A stretch of 63,472 nt of DNA, counting the filler, from Ministeria vibrans ATCC 50519 (taxonomy: Eukaryota > Protista > Filasterea), in assembly GCA_943704425.1 (NCBI GenBank). It is 3 parts of 3 records of this genome, joined end to end, with 100 filler letters (N's around TTAATTAATTAA, not from the genome) between each part and the next. Parts side by side here need not be neighbours in the genome. Positions count along the whole stretch, not along the records: positions 1 to 30,364 come from CALSCP010001090.1; 2 more parts are not named here. One strand, 5' to 3'. The notes below the pieces were generated by a model that saw only the letters and a list, made by a program, of their open reading frames with translations, was not told the origin of the DNA and did not search any database. Below are positions 1-17,646 of the stretch, piece after piece. Every line of letters begins with the position of its first letter. Within the stretch, counting starts at the first letter, position 1. A program made the translations under genes and the position numbers.

Positions 1-3000
1 CAGTGCGGTCGTATCGATACGACTTGGCGCGCAGTGTCACCACCGCATCCTCGTCCTCCTCCATCGTCTTCACTTCGACCTCGGGCAGCGACACCAGCGC
101 CTGATACTCGCCGCCTGTGTCCACGTCCTCGTCGTTGTCATCGTCTTCATCGTCGTCCTCATCGTCGTCCTCATCATCGTCCTTCTTCGCCAGTTTCTTC
201 TCCTCCTTGTCCGCAATCTTCTTCGCTTGCGCAAACAACGGTTTCTCCCCGCCACCAAACAGCGACGCTCGAGCACTGTCGTCTGCCTTAGCCCAACCAC
301 CGCTCGACGACGTCACTGATCCAAATCCACCAGTCTTGCCTTTCTCGGAGCTTGTTCCAGCTTTCTCTGAGGAACTCGGAGTTGCAGGAACAGTATTTGA
401 GCCAAGCGCTGATGTAGGAAGAGGCGACGTGGCTATGCCGGTTCCCTCTGCTGACATAGAGCTCGCTGACTTCAAACCAAACAGAGGAGTTGTTGTACGT
501 GCTTGTCCTGTAGGGTTGGCACCAAAGAGTGGCGCAGGGGAATTGGTAGTTGATGAAGCAGAATCAGAAACACTTGTTTTCGCGCCGAACATGGGCTTGA
601 CACCAGCAGCCGCCTTGCTATCAGACACAGGTCCAGCAGAAGCTGCAGTTGCCGTCACCGCTGGTTTGCCACCAAACACTGGCGCAGCAGGTGCTGTAGT
701 TGCCGTCGCCGCCGGGTTGCCACCAAACACTGGCGCAGCAGGTGCTGTAGTTGCCGTCACCGCTGGTTTGCCACCAAACACTGGCGCAGCAGGTGCTGTA
801 GTTGCCGTCGCCGCCGGTTTGCCACCAAACGCAGGCGTGGTCAGCTTGGTACCGAACAATGGGATTGCTGCAGATGGTGTCGCATTTGCACCAAATAGTG
901 GGGTTGCAACTGAGGGCGCCGATTGTGTGGCACCGGCGTTCGCGGTCGTTGTAGATGTACCAAACAGATTTGTCGGTTTCGGCGCCACATTGGACGGACC
1001 AAACGTTGATGAGGGAGCCTCGGTATCCACGGGGCCCTTGAGGGGCGCACCACCAGGGCTCGCCAGTTGAAAACCAAAAGACGACGGAGTTGGAAGCGTA
1101 CGCGACGTACTCAGCGACGAGGCAGCGGGCGAGCCAAACTGTATGCCAAACGGGGAGGCAGATGTCAGGGCGGACGCAGTTTTGGGTGCCGTGGGTGTCG
1201 TTGAACCGGCCACGCTTACTGGCACAGTGGGCTGCACTGGCGTGGATGTGTTCGATGGCGCCCGTCCAAACAAATTCGAAGCGGGCAACACGCCCGACTT
1301 GGGAAAGGAGGGAGACACATTGGTGGACAAGGGAGTCGACGAGACAGCAGCAGTGCCACTCGCCTTCCCTTCTGAGACAAGCTCGTCGTCGTCCAACAAA
1401 TTAAATCGACGCTGAACCTCGAGAGAAGGCGGCGAAATACCGGTGGTGGGCACATCGTGTCCTCTGGGAGTCTGCACGTCATAGTCCGTATGAGCAAGTG
1501 CAATCTCTTGCGACTCCTTGTACACCTCATCAACGCCCTCCTCCGCTTCTTCTTCTTCACTGGCATAGTCCTCCTCGTTGTAGGGCACACCACTGCTCAG
1601 TGCACGCAGCTTTCGCAATTTGGTGGCCATGCGTCGTCGGTGATTGCGGCCTTGCGCCAAGTCCTGAGATGGCGCTTGAACCGAGGTACGCAGCAAATGA
1701 CTCACGTTCGACGAGGGAGCGGGTGAGCAAGCGGGAGAGTCGCCGCGACGACTTGCTATAGACATGCCCAAGCTGGGGGTGAGAAGACCGCGACGTGAGC
1801 CGTAGGGCGACGAGACGACAGAAGACAGCAGGGAAGTCGAAGGAGACAGGCGGGACATGGAGGGATCGTAGAGAAGACGACGCGGCACAATGTGCCCATG
1901 GTACTGGCGACACACCTCGAGAGCATGCTGAATCATGTCGGCACACGACGGCGCCCATTCGGCATGAAACAACTCTTGAGTCGTCTCGAGCAGTGCCACC
2001 ATTCGTTGCTGGTAATGGTCGTCGTCGTCGTCGTCATAGTCAACTTCCTCTCCCTCCTCCAAATCGGCTGCAGCACCCTCAAAGTCGTCGCGCAACACAG
2101 CCAGAGCAACAAGCATACCCCGACAAAGGTCAGCATGCGCCTCATCGTTGCTGTCATCGTCGTTGGTTTGCACACGTGGCAGCATTACAGCGGCACGATG
2201 GTCGCGGGGGCGGGTGGCGGCGCGCCAGTAGAGCTCAGCTCGCGTCATTTCGTTCTGCTGAGCCGCAAGCAGACCCGCTTGCCAGAGCGACTCAATGTCC
2301 CAGGCGTCCGTCGAAACTGAGCCGGCAATGGCGCGCAATTCCTTGAGGTGTGAACGAAGGTCCTTGGGCGACAGGGTGCGACGCTGGGGTGCCACAAATG
2401 GCGGTAGTGTATGGAGAACGAGCGACGACTCTTGCAGCGCGTGGACTGTGAGCCAGAGACGCTCAACAGTTGCCGATGTGTGATGCATGAGCGCGGGCGA
2501 TGGCACATGTGGCAGGTGAGACCCCGTGAGCGGAATGATGAGGCGTGGGTCACGCTCGTTACGAATGACCTCGATGAGACGTCCCAGCAGTATCATCATG
2601 TCGAGGACACACAGGGACTCGGGTCCAACGTTGCTCATGTCTTGCGGGGCGACTGGTAGTGAGTGAAGCGGCAGCTGTGGGAACACGGCAGTGGCAATGG
2701 CGTGCAGCGGTTGCTCGGAGTGCTGCGCGAACCAGAGAACACGCTCAAGATGGCGACCATTAAAAGCGACGGCGTGTTCCAGCGCAAACGTGAGGTCTGC
2801 AGGCGCAAGAGGGCCACACAGCGACGACGACGACGACAGCCAGTAAACCGCCTGTTGTGCAACTCGAGAGGGAAGTTGCGGAAGGGCGGCAAGCACGTCG
2901 GCAGCCTCATCGATGGCTGCTGTCACGAGTTGCGTGGGAAGCGCCTCGAGAATAATGGAGCACTCAGCGAGACGTTCCGACTCGAGCATGCCATAAAAAT

Positions 3001-4504
3001 AGGCGTGGTCAGCGTCGAGCGGCACACATGCGTCGACGACACTGGGTGAGATGCTGGTGAGGGCAGACCAGTGTGCGAGCGCGTGGCCATGGCGCAGCTG
3101 CGTGGCAGCACTGAGCGAGACGGCGACAAACCGGGCGTAACGAGACGCGTGTGCTGGCTCGGCAAGTGACAGATTCAACGCAATAAGTGCACCATGAAGA
3201 AGCGAGCGCGCTCGATACTCATTCACCAGTGTGTCCCATCGCGTACGCGCAACTGACACTGCCCCACTCATCTGTTTTGCGCGAGCCTCGACTACGTCAA
3301 CGGCGGTACACAACCGCTCAAACGCGCTCCAGTCCAGTGAGTTGTCGCAAAGGGAGAGACGAACAAGGGCGTCAAGGACGAACAGGTGTGCCTCGTACAG
3401 ATCAAAGAGAGGCGGGGGTGTCGTGTCGCTGGTACCATTGCGCTCGTCGTGTGTGACTTCGCTTTGGTGAGCGATGTCTTGGCCCACATCAAAAAGCGCA
3501 ACAGCACGCGCATAGAGATTGGCCGCAAATTCGCACCAGTCGCGTGAGTGTCGCAGGCGCGTGCTCTGATCGACAGCGTCATAAAAGGCGTCTGTCCACA
3601 AGTTGGACGCTTGCTGAAGCGTTGAGTACTTGATCAAAAGACCCACGTTGCACGGGTCCCGTTCGATTTGAGCAGATACAAGACGTAGCAGAGCGGAAGT
3701 GTCGCCGGTGAGGCTCAGTAGCATCTCGCGCACCTGAAAAACGGCGAGCTGCCAAGTGTCGTCGCCGTGACGTTGTGGCACAGTGGCAAGACGTGTGTCA
3801 AGGATGTAGGTTGCCTCGGTGAGGTGACGCGAGCCGTTGGAAGGCTCCGCCTTGGCTGCGAGAATGCACGTGCGCGCAATGGCAAGCCAGACCTTGGGCA
3901 GGAGCGTCGCAGCGGTGCTTGATTTGGAGACATTTGAAACGAGCGAGCGATAGGCGGCCATCGCTGCGCGCCAGTTGCCTGCGCGCTCATACAGCTCCCC
4001 CTGAAGAAGGATGCCGCGCGTATCGGTCGCATTGATGCTCTGGTATTCTTTCAGCAGCTGCAAAGGAAGAGGTTGAGAGAAGACAGTGAGAGAGAAGGAG
4101 AAAGAGAGAGAGAGAGAAAAAAAGAGAGAAAAAAAAGAGAGTTTCGAACGGTCGAAAAGAAAACGTTACCCGTTGAGCCTCTTCAAGACATCCTGCTTCA
4201 AGGTAGGCGGCAGCAAAGTCGAGCCAATGCAGACGTTTCTATGCGAAACAAGAAAGAGCGCGAAGGCAAGGCAGAAGAGAAGAAGAGAGAGAGGAGAATG
4301 TTTCAGAGTGATGGTGATCAGCGTTGTTGAACGCGAACAGCGAGAACAGACGCACGATGGCCAGACAGAGGCAGAGAGCAAGCGGTAGCAAGAGGCAGGG
4401 GAGGAGAGGATGGGATGCAGCAAGCGAGCGCACAGTACCTGCTGGAGGGACGGCGTGAGGCCGACAGTTCGCGCCACACGTTCGTCGACGTCGGACTTTC
4501 TCAT
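1..4504 (-). CDS. RANBP2: Nup358/RanBP2-like nucleoporin (3' partial): TPR/alpha-helical N-terminal domain, FG-repeat linker, start of a RanBP1-type Ran-binding domain
   Basis: Exons 4504-4439 (MRKSDVDERVARTVGLTPSLQQ), 4238-4170 (KRLHWLDFAAAYLEAGCLEEAQR) and 4057-1, joined by GT-AG phase-0 introns. Exon 3 is in the same frame at both ends, no stop was seen in the stretches translated, and it is absent from the ORF track because it runs off the window. The N-terminus resembles animal RanBP2 (MRRSKADVERY...FAKLYYEA; LRHSRDWC vs LRSSLEWN). There are many LFG/FGG repeats, and it ends LPEVEVKTMEEDEDAVVTLRAKSYRYD, typical of a RanBD start. Confidence 0.85.
648..830 (-). repeat. 51-bp coding tandem repeat (~3.5 copies) encoding FG repeats (TAPAAPVFGGKPAVTAT)
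   Basis: Units begin at 648, 699, 750 and 801. Confidence 0.9.
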
Positions 4505-4924
4505 TGTAGCGAAAAAACGAGGAAGAACAAAAAAAGACTCCGGCGTGTAGCTCGTGAGGCTTGGAACGGAAGTAAGCTGTAAGAACTAACTAATAGTAGC
4601 TGAGGATCCAGTGAGGGGGAGTAAATAATTATAAAATAGTATTTTGTTTCACTTCCGGAAATTGTAAATACCAACGACCACTCTCAGGCCTCAGCTCTTC
4701 AGTCTACAACTTGCAAGTTACAAGTTTATCTTTATTCATTTGTTTCTCCAACGTATTTTACACAGTATTTTATTCGAACGATCTCACGACTCACAATAAA
4801 TTGAGACGATATCCAATTTATTTCACATCCCTCCGCCCTCCCACCCCACTCGTCCATCTGGCGCTCTCCCTCCTCTCGTGCCTCCCCTCCCCGCCTCTCC
4901 CTCCGTTGTATTTGCCTCGCTCGC

Positions 4925-5746
4925 ATGGCAACGACAGCCACGACACCCCAAGCGGCCACTGCGCTCGACATGGACACGCCATCGACGTCCACCACGCCCG
5001 AGGCACCCCCTGCGACCGAAGATCATGCAGAATCAGACTTCTCCACCCTTGATGAGCCGGTGTGGGACACAGTCAAGAGAGACATGGGAATGGTATCATG
5101 TTTCTGAAACACTCACGTCCTATCGCCCCTTGACCGCTCATCTATCCATTCTCTTACTCTGAAGGTGCTTCAAAAGTTCCTCCAAGTCCTTGTTCCCTTT
5201 AGAAAATCCAAGAAGCTTTTACACGATTGTAAGAACACGTCGTTGAAATTGGGGGGTTTTGACTCTCTGTCTGTCTGTCTGTCTGTCTGTCTCGTGTCTT
5301 TCTCTTGACATCTAGGGGACCTCTGGGGGCCATTGATACTGTGTGTAACATTAGCAATGCTCTTGCGGGACACCGCACGCGACGATCAAAAGGCACTTGT
5401 CTTCAGCGGCGTCTTTGTCATTGTGTGGTGTGGTGCGGCCGTCGTGACGCTCAATGCAAAGCTGTTGGGCGGCACCCTCTCGTTCTTCCAAAGCATCTGC
5501 GTCCTCGGCTACTGTGTACTCCCTCTCACCCTAGCGGCGATCATTGTGCGCGCCGTTTCGGCTACCATGAGCGGTCTGGCTGCTCTCAAAATCACCCTTT
5601 CCCTCATCGCCTGTGCCTGGTCTGTCTGGGGCTCAATGGGCTTTTTGGGCGACAGTCAGCCCAAGGAGCGCAAAGCTCTTGCCGTCTATCCCATGGTGCT
5701 ATTCTATATCATTATTGCTTGGCTTATTGCTGTCCAATCGACCTAA
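4925..5746 (+). CDS. YIPF6: Yip1-family Golgi membrane protein (YIPF6-like), 3 exons
   Basis: STLDEPVWDTVKRD, spliced WDLWGPL motif, LNAKLLGGTLSFFQSICVLGYC, RKALAVYP. Confidence 0.9.
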
Positions 5747-5918
5747 GTAAATCAAGTGAAACTGAAACCTGTACAACAAAAAAAAAACGAAAAACGAAGA
5801 AGAGTTTCAATTTTCTTCTACAGCCATCTCTCTCTATCACTTTGTTTCATTCTCTCTCCTTTCTCTCTCTATATATAATTATTTATTATATATATCTATC
5901 AAGTCGACTGTCGCTCCT

Positions 5919-8575
<2,657 letters not shown>

Positions 8576-8675
8576 AACAGAAAAAAAATAATAATAATAA
8601 GTATTGGAAGTTGATCATTTCACAATTTTCCTTACACATCTTTAAAGTTTAAATACCTTTTCACTCCTTTTGGAT

Positions 8676-9789
8676 ATGCTTGGGCAGCTTGTGGGTGCGA
8701 CACTGGCGGCTCTAACCGGTTTGGTTTGCAGCGCGGCGGCTGCGGAGAAGATGAACTTACTTGTTCTTATCAGCGACGATATGCGTCCCAATTTGGGTGC
8801 ATACCAGCAAGAGTACATGAAGACACCCAACATTGACAAGCTGGCAGCAGGAGGTCCGTCGATTTTGCTTTCGCTGCAAATTTCGAGCTGATCTCGCAAT
8901 GTGCGTTAGGACTTGTCTTTGAGCGCGCGTACACAAACTTTGCGGTGTGTGCCCCGTCGCGGAACTCGTTCATGTCGGGGCGTCGACCCGACACGTCGAA
9001 AGTGTGGAACTTTGTGAATGACTTTCGGCAGGCGGAGGGTGCTGACAAGTGGAATTCGTGGCCTGAGGTACCCGAAAAATTGTGATGGTACCCGAAGTGT
9101 TTATTATTTATATTATTTATTACGTTCTTCATTACTAATTTTTATTTTATATAGTCTTGTTTTGACATTGGGTACAGCTTTCAATTCTCTATTTATTTTC
9201 TTATTATTTTTTATTTTTTATTATTATATTGCTCTTTGTTTTGTATTGTCTTATTTTGAGATGTTAGTTGTACAAGTGCTGTACAGCTCTTTATTCTCTA
9301 TTAACAGTATTTCTATTTATTTTCTTCTTATTATGATTGTGTCTTCGCGTGGTGACTGTATCATTATAAATGATGTGTATTTTCTTTTAATCATCTTCTT
9401 ATTCTTCTTTGGTGTCTTTGTTTGGTGTGGTGTAGTACTTTAAGAAGAACGGTTACACGGCGTTGGGTCTTGGAAAGACCTATCACGTTGGACATCCGCC
9501 CAATTTTGGTCAGAAATTCAAACAGCAATCATCATAGTATTGACACGTTATGTTAATCTTTTTGATTTGCTCTTGCGTAGACGAGCCCAAGAGGTTGGTC
9601 AGATGGTGAAACAAAGGAAGAAGCATTTTAAGGGTTGTTTTTAGTTGGTCTCAATCTCAGCCCTACCTTAACTACTGGTTGGAAAAGTGTCCTCACGGCG
9701 GTGCAGGCGGGGGAATGTGCGTCATCAACGATGAAGAGAAAATCTTTGACTACGTACAATCAAAACATGCAAAACGTGAATAGAGGTTT

Positions 9790-9823
<34 letters not shown>

Positions 9824-11322
9824 ATTTTTCAGGTTCTTGCGAATAAAACGATTGAAACACTACGCAATGTCAGTCAAGATCCGTCCACACCCTTTGCCAT
9901 ATTTTCTGGCTTCAAAAAGCCACACGGTACAAAAAAAAGAATGAGCAATGGACCAATAATGATTAATGTATATTGAATTTCTTTTAAAGCGCCCTGGGGT
10001 GTACCACAGCGCTTCTACGACCTGTACCCCGTTGAAGCAGTCAACGTGACGCTCAATCCGCATGCACCCGTTAACATGCCTCCCGTTGCATTTATTCATG
10101 ACTTTAGTGTGCGTCTCATGAACGGCACTGAATTCTCGTGGTCGCCCACTCAGGTACACACACACCACAAAGTCAAACACTAAGCACACACACACAAAGC
10201 ACACACATATATACATACACCCACACTCACTCGCTCACTCACTCACTCACTCACTCACTCACACTAAACATTCACATTACGCACACACTGATGTCACAGT
10301 TGTTTTGATGCGACGATGGTTCATCCATTCATTGAAAATAGGCCGTGCCCGATTGGGTTGCTCAAGTGAACCGTCAAGCGTACTATGCAGCCATTTCGTA
10401 TGTCGACGAGCAGGTTGGAAAAATCCTGGGTGAACTGGACCGTCTGAATCTGAGCGACAACACCATTGTTGTCTTCATGGCGGACCACGGGTACATGTTG
10501 GGAGACCACGGAGGTAGAAACGACTGTGGGTTCATGTGTTGTTGCTTTTTGCCGGTCGGCCCGTCGCTGTTTGTTTCTGACACGAAAACTGTTCTTGTTC
10601 TTTAGAGTGGGAGAAGAAGAACAACTTTGAACTTGGCACGCGAGTGCCGTTGATCATTCGCGACCCATCCAAAGCCAAGACAAGTGCCGGTCGACGCACC
10701 CGTGAACTGACTACACTTGTCGATCTGTACCCAACAACGGCCGTTCTCGCCGGTATGTGACACAACAATAAGCGAGGGTGCTTAGTGTGCTAGCGTGTGT
10801 TTGCATTGTGTGCGCTTCGCGGGTGTGTTTGTGATTGTTCCGCTCGTTGTTCTTGAAGGTCTTCCGTTTCCTGAGGAGGTTCGTGGCGAAGGGCAAAGTG
10901 TTGCACACGTCTTCAACAATCCCGCACAGATGCGTTCCAATGCATCCTTCTCGCAGTACCCTCGCTGCGGCAAGCTGGCGCCGACTTGGGCCGACAACTG
11001 CAACAATGTGGACCGCACCGACTTCCACTTTATGGGCTACACTGTGCGCTCAAACGATTACCGCTACACCGTCTGGTTCGAAGCTACTTGATTTTGGTGT
11101 AGTCTTATTGCTTTGCATAGGCTTAAATGGAATGGAGCGACACTGACAGTGGACTGGAATGACCCGAGTGCGATTGAAGGAAGAGAGCTTTACGACCACC
11201 GAGGTGACAATGGGGCAGACTTTGATGCGTTTGAGAAGGAGAATGTGGTCGATCAGAGCCAGTTTAGCAGCGTTGTTGCCCAGTTGCATGCTGCTCTTCG
11301 TGCACAATTTGATCATCAGTAA
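8676..11322 (+). CDS. Sulfatase, iduronate-2-sulfatase-like, with signal peptide; about 10 exons
   Basis: Hydrophobic N-terminus, LISDDMRP, active-site motif [16 protein letters not shown] (CxPxR), [34 protein letters not shown]. Confidence 0.92.
9338..9390 (+). mobile_element. Degenerate copy of a short dispersed element (putative non-LTR retroelement 3' end) in a sulfatase intron
   Basis: 29 nt identical to 41282-41310 (TGTGTCTTCGCGTGGTGACTGTATCATTA), followed by a diverged TAAATG..TGTATT tail. Confidence 0.55.
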
Positions 11323-11376
11323 TTTGATCATCAGTGAGTGAAAGGAAGTTTTATATTACAACAGCAACTACACATA

Positions 11377-12135
11377 CTAGTCGTCTTGGTCCATTTCAAA
11401 TTCTTTGTACATGTCTTTGGTTGTAGTTCCCGAGAGTTCCGCTATGATGTAAAAGAGGACAGTGTTGAAAATAAAATGAAGCCTGTATACTAAAGATACC
11501 TAGGCGCCCCATGACAGCCTGACCAGCGTCTTTGATTTCGTTGTACTCGTGCAACGCAGTAATGTGTTCGTCAAGTTCGGCAATTGAATAGCTATGCGCC
11601 AGAATACATCGTATCAGTTAGAACCCTGCGCCGAACAACTGTTCGTACTCCTCTTCTAGTGCAGCAATTTCCAAATCAACAGCAGCAATGCGTGCCTCTG
11701 TTGATGCGCATGGGTCTGTGACAACATCTGTAGCGGGTGCCGTCGTTTCTTTCGGAATTGCGTTGGAAGTCTTCTTCTGGTCGTCTGGCGCACTCTCACA
11801 TGCCTCGATTGCAGCACAAGGATCTGATGGAACATCTACTGTCGTTTTTGCGCTGGGAGTCGTCTCGTTGTTGACTGGAGCGCTCTTGTCGTTTGGCAAA
11901 CTCTAGTGAAACAGAGAGACATAACAAACGCGTGGCGATAGAGACACATACCTCGCGCATGTAGTAGAGTGGCGTTCCATTGGCCAAACAAACGCGAACA
12001 CTGCAAATAACAAGCGTGTTTACAATTGGTCGCGAACGCGAAAGCATAAAAGGAAAAAAAACACAAACGCAACGAGAAGTCATACACTCGTTGGCGCTCT
12101 CGCAGGCTGCCCACTATCCTTTGAATGCTCTCCAT
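11377..12135 (-). CDS. SWI5: SWI5 homologous-recombination factor
   Basis: Spliced C-terminus EHITALHEYNEIKDAGQAVMGRLAELSGTTTKDMYKEFEM matches the Swi5 domain. Confidence 0.85.
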
Positions 12136-12396
12136 TGTCGCATCCTCCTGGAGGGTTCTGGATTGGATCTATTCCAAAGCAATCAGACAACAATTCAATG
12201 AAAACACACGAAAAAGAAAACTTATTTAAGAAACCTCTTGCAGTGTGAGGGGTTGCCCTGCTTCAACAAGCACCTTCTCAACACTTGCATCTGTCATGTA
12301 GCTGCAAGTAGGAAAAAAGTTTTATTTTATTTTAACCGTTTTGACTTTTGCCTTAGATGAGTTAGATCGATATTATATTTCTTATTTTTGTCTTCG

Positions 12397-13299
12397 ATGA
12401 GCTTGATTGAGTATGAGCCTTGGATTAAAGGACTGTCACGAGTGAGAAGTGCAATAAGAGGCGGACCCCCTGTCGATGTTCGAGCGCTGCGTGCTGCCAC
12501 GGGCATTTGCGTTCGCGACGACGTTCTGTATGTGTGCGACACTCAACATCGACGGCTCGTTTCTCTGCACCTGCACACCCTTGAGTTCAACGTGCTCCTC
12601 ACCGACTTGAACTGTCCCTATGCGGTCACATTGGATGCCAAAGGCGACATCTATATGGCGGATGAGTCGGCGCATTGTGTGTTGAAGCTGACGCGTGACG
12701 GCACACTCTCCGTTGTCGCTGGGTTGCGCCACTCGTACGCGCGCGACTTCAAACACGACCTGACGCTGTTAAAGCGTCCATATGACCTGGTCTACGACGA
12801 AAAGCGAGACTTGCTTGTCATTGCGGACCAGGGCGCACATCGAGTGGTTTCGTGGGCGCCGGGCGCTTCAGCGATGTCTGCGATACTCATTGAGGCACAT
12901 CACCCCCGCTCAATAGCCTTGAACGAAGCATGTGACACCCTTTGGTTGGGCCACGACGTGGATCACCGTGTGGTGCAGTATGCGTACGAGGGGACGCGCG
13001 TGCAACAGTTGCGGGTGTTTACACACAGTCATCATGGAAACGACTTTGCACCGGCACCGATTGCCCTCTCACCCGACGGCCAGACGCTTTACATTGTGTA
13101 CGATGGTGCTGGGGAATTGTATGCTTTGTCGACGCGACGTGACGAAGGGGTGGATGCAAACGGCGATGAGGTGCAACCCGACATGGTGCTTGTCAAATCA
13201 GGGTTCCACCCAAGCATTTCAGGCATTGCCGTGACCGAGTCAACCGTGTATCTAAACGATGTTAGCTACGGGCAAGTGATGGCATTGCCCATTGTATAA
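12397..13299 (+). CDS. Intronless NHL-repeat/six-bladed beta-propeller protein (~300 aa)
   Basis: Repeats such as PYAVTLDAKGDIYMADESAHCV, RPYDLVYDEKRDLLVIADQGAHRV, PIALSPDGQTLYIV. Confidence 0.8.
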   Translation: MSLIEYEPWIKGLSRVRSAIRGGPPVDVRALRAATGICVRDDVLYVCDTQHRRLVSLHLHTLEFNVLLTDLNCPYAVTLDAKGDIYMADESAHCVLKLTRDGTLSVVAGLRHSYARDFKHDLTLLKRPYDLVYDEKRDLLVIADQGAHRVVSWAPGASAMSAILIEAHHPRSIALNEACDTLWLGHDVDHRVVQYAYEGTRVQQLRVFTHSHHGNDFAPAPIALSPDGQTLYIVYDGAGELYALSTRRDEGVDANGDEVQPDMVLVKSGFHPSISGIAVTESTVYLNDVSYGQVMALPIV

Positions 13300-13526
13300 G
13301 TACATGTGAAAAGAAGATAAAAAGCCATTATTATTATTAATTATGAGAAAATTTATTTTTAATATTTGAGTGTACAGAATATGAAGTTCATGTCAATCAT
13401 TTACGATTTGACAAGTCACAAGTATTTTGTTTGCTTGTGTTCAGCGACTGCGACATTCTCACTCTATATCGCATAGTAGCACGGACACACAGCAACAAGC
13501 GAGAGTTTCCGCCTTGGGCCATTGCT

Positions 13527-17612
<4,086 letters not shown>

Positions 17613-17646
17613 AATAGATGAACACTTTATTAATTATTAACAGAAA

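Noticed and set aside
117-1070. 317-aa plus-strand ORF
   Set aside because: Antisense shadow of the FG-repeat region of the Nup358-like gene.
4566-4660. ETS-like CGGAAGT/ACTTCCGG motifs in a divergent promoter
   Set aside because: Too short and not recurrent at the other promoters.
11592-11624. Apparent 33-nt intron in SWI5
   Set aside because: A better GTACGA donor at 11648 gives an ordinary 57-nt intron in the same phase.
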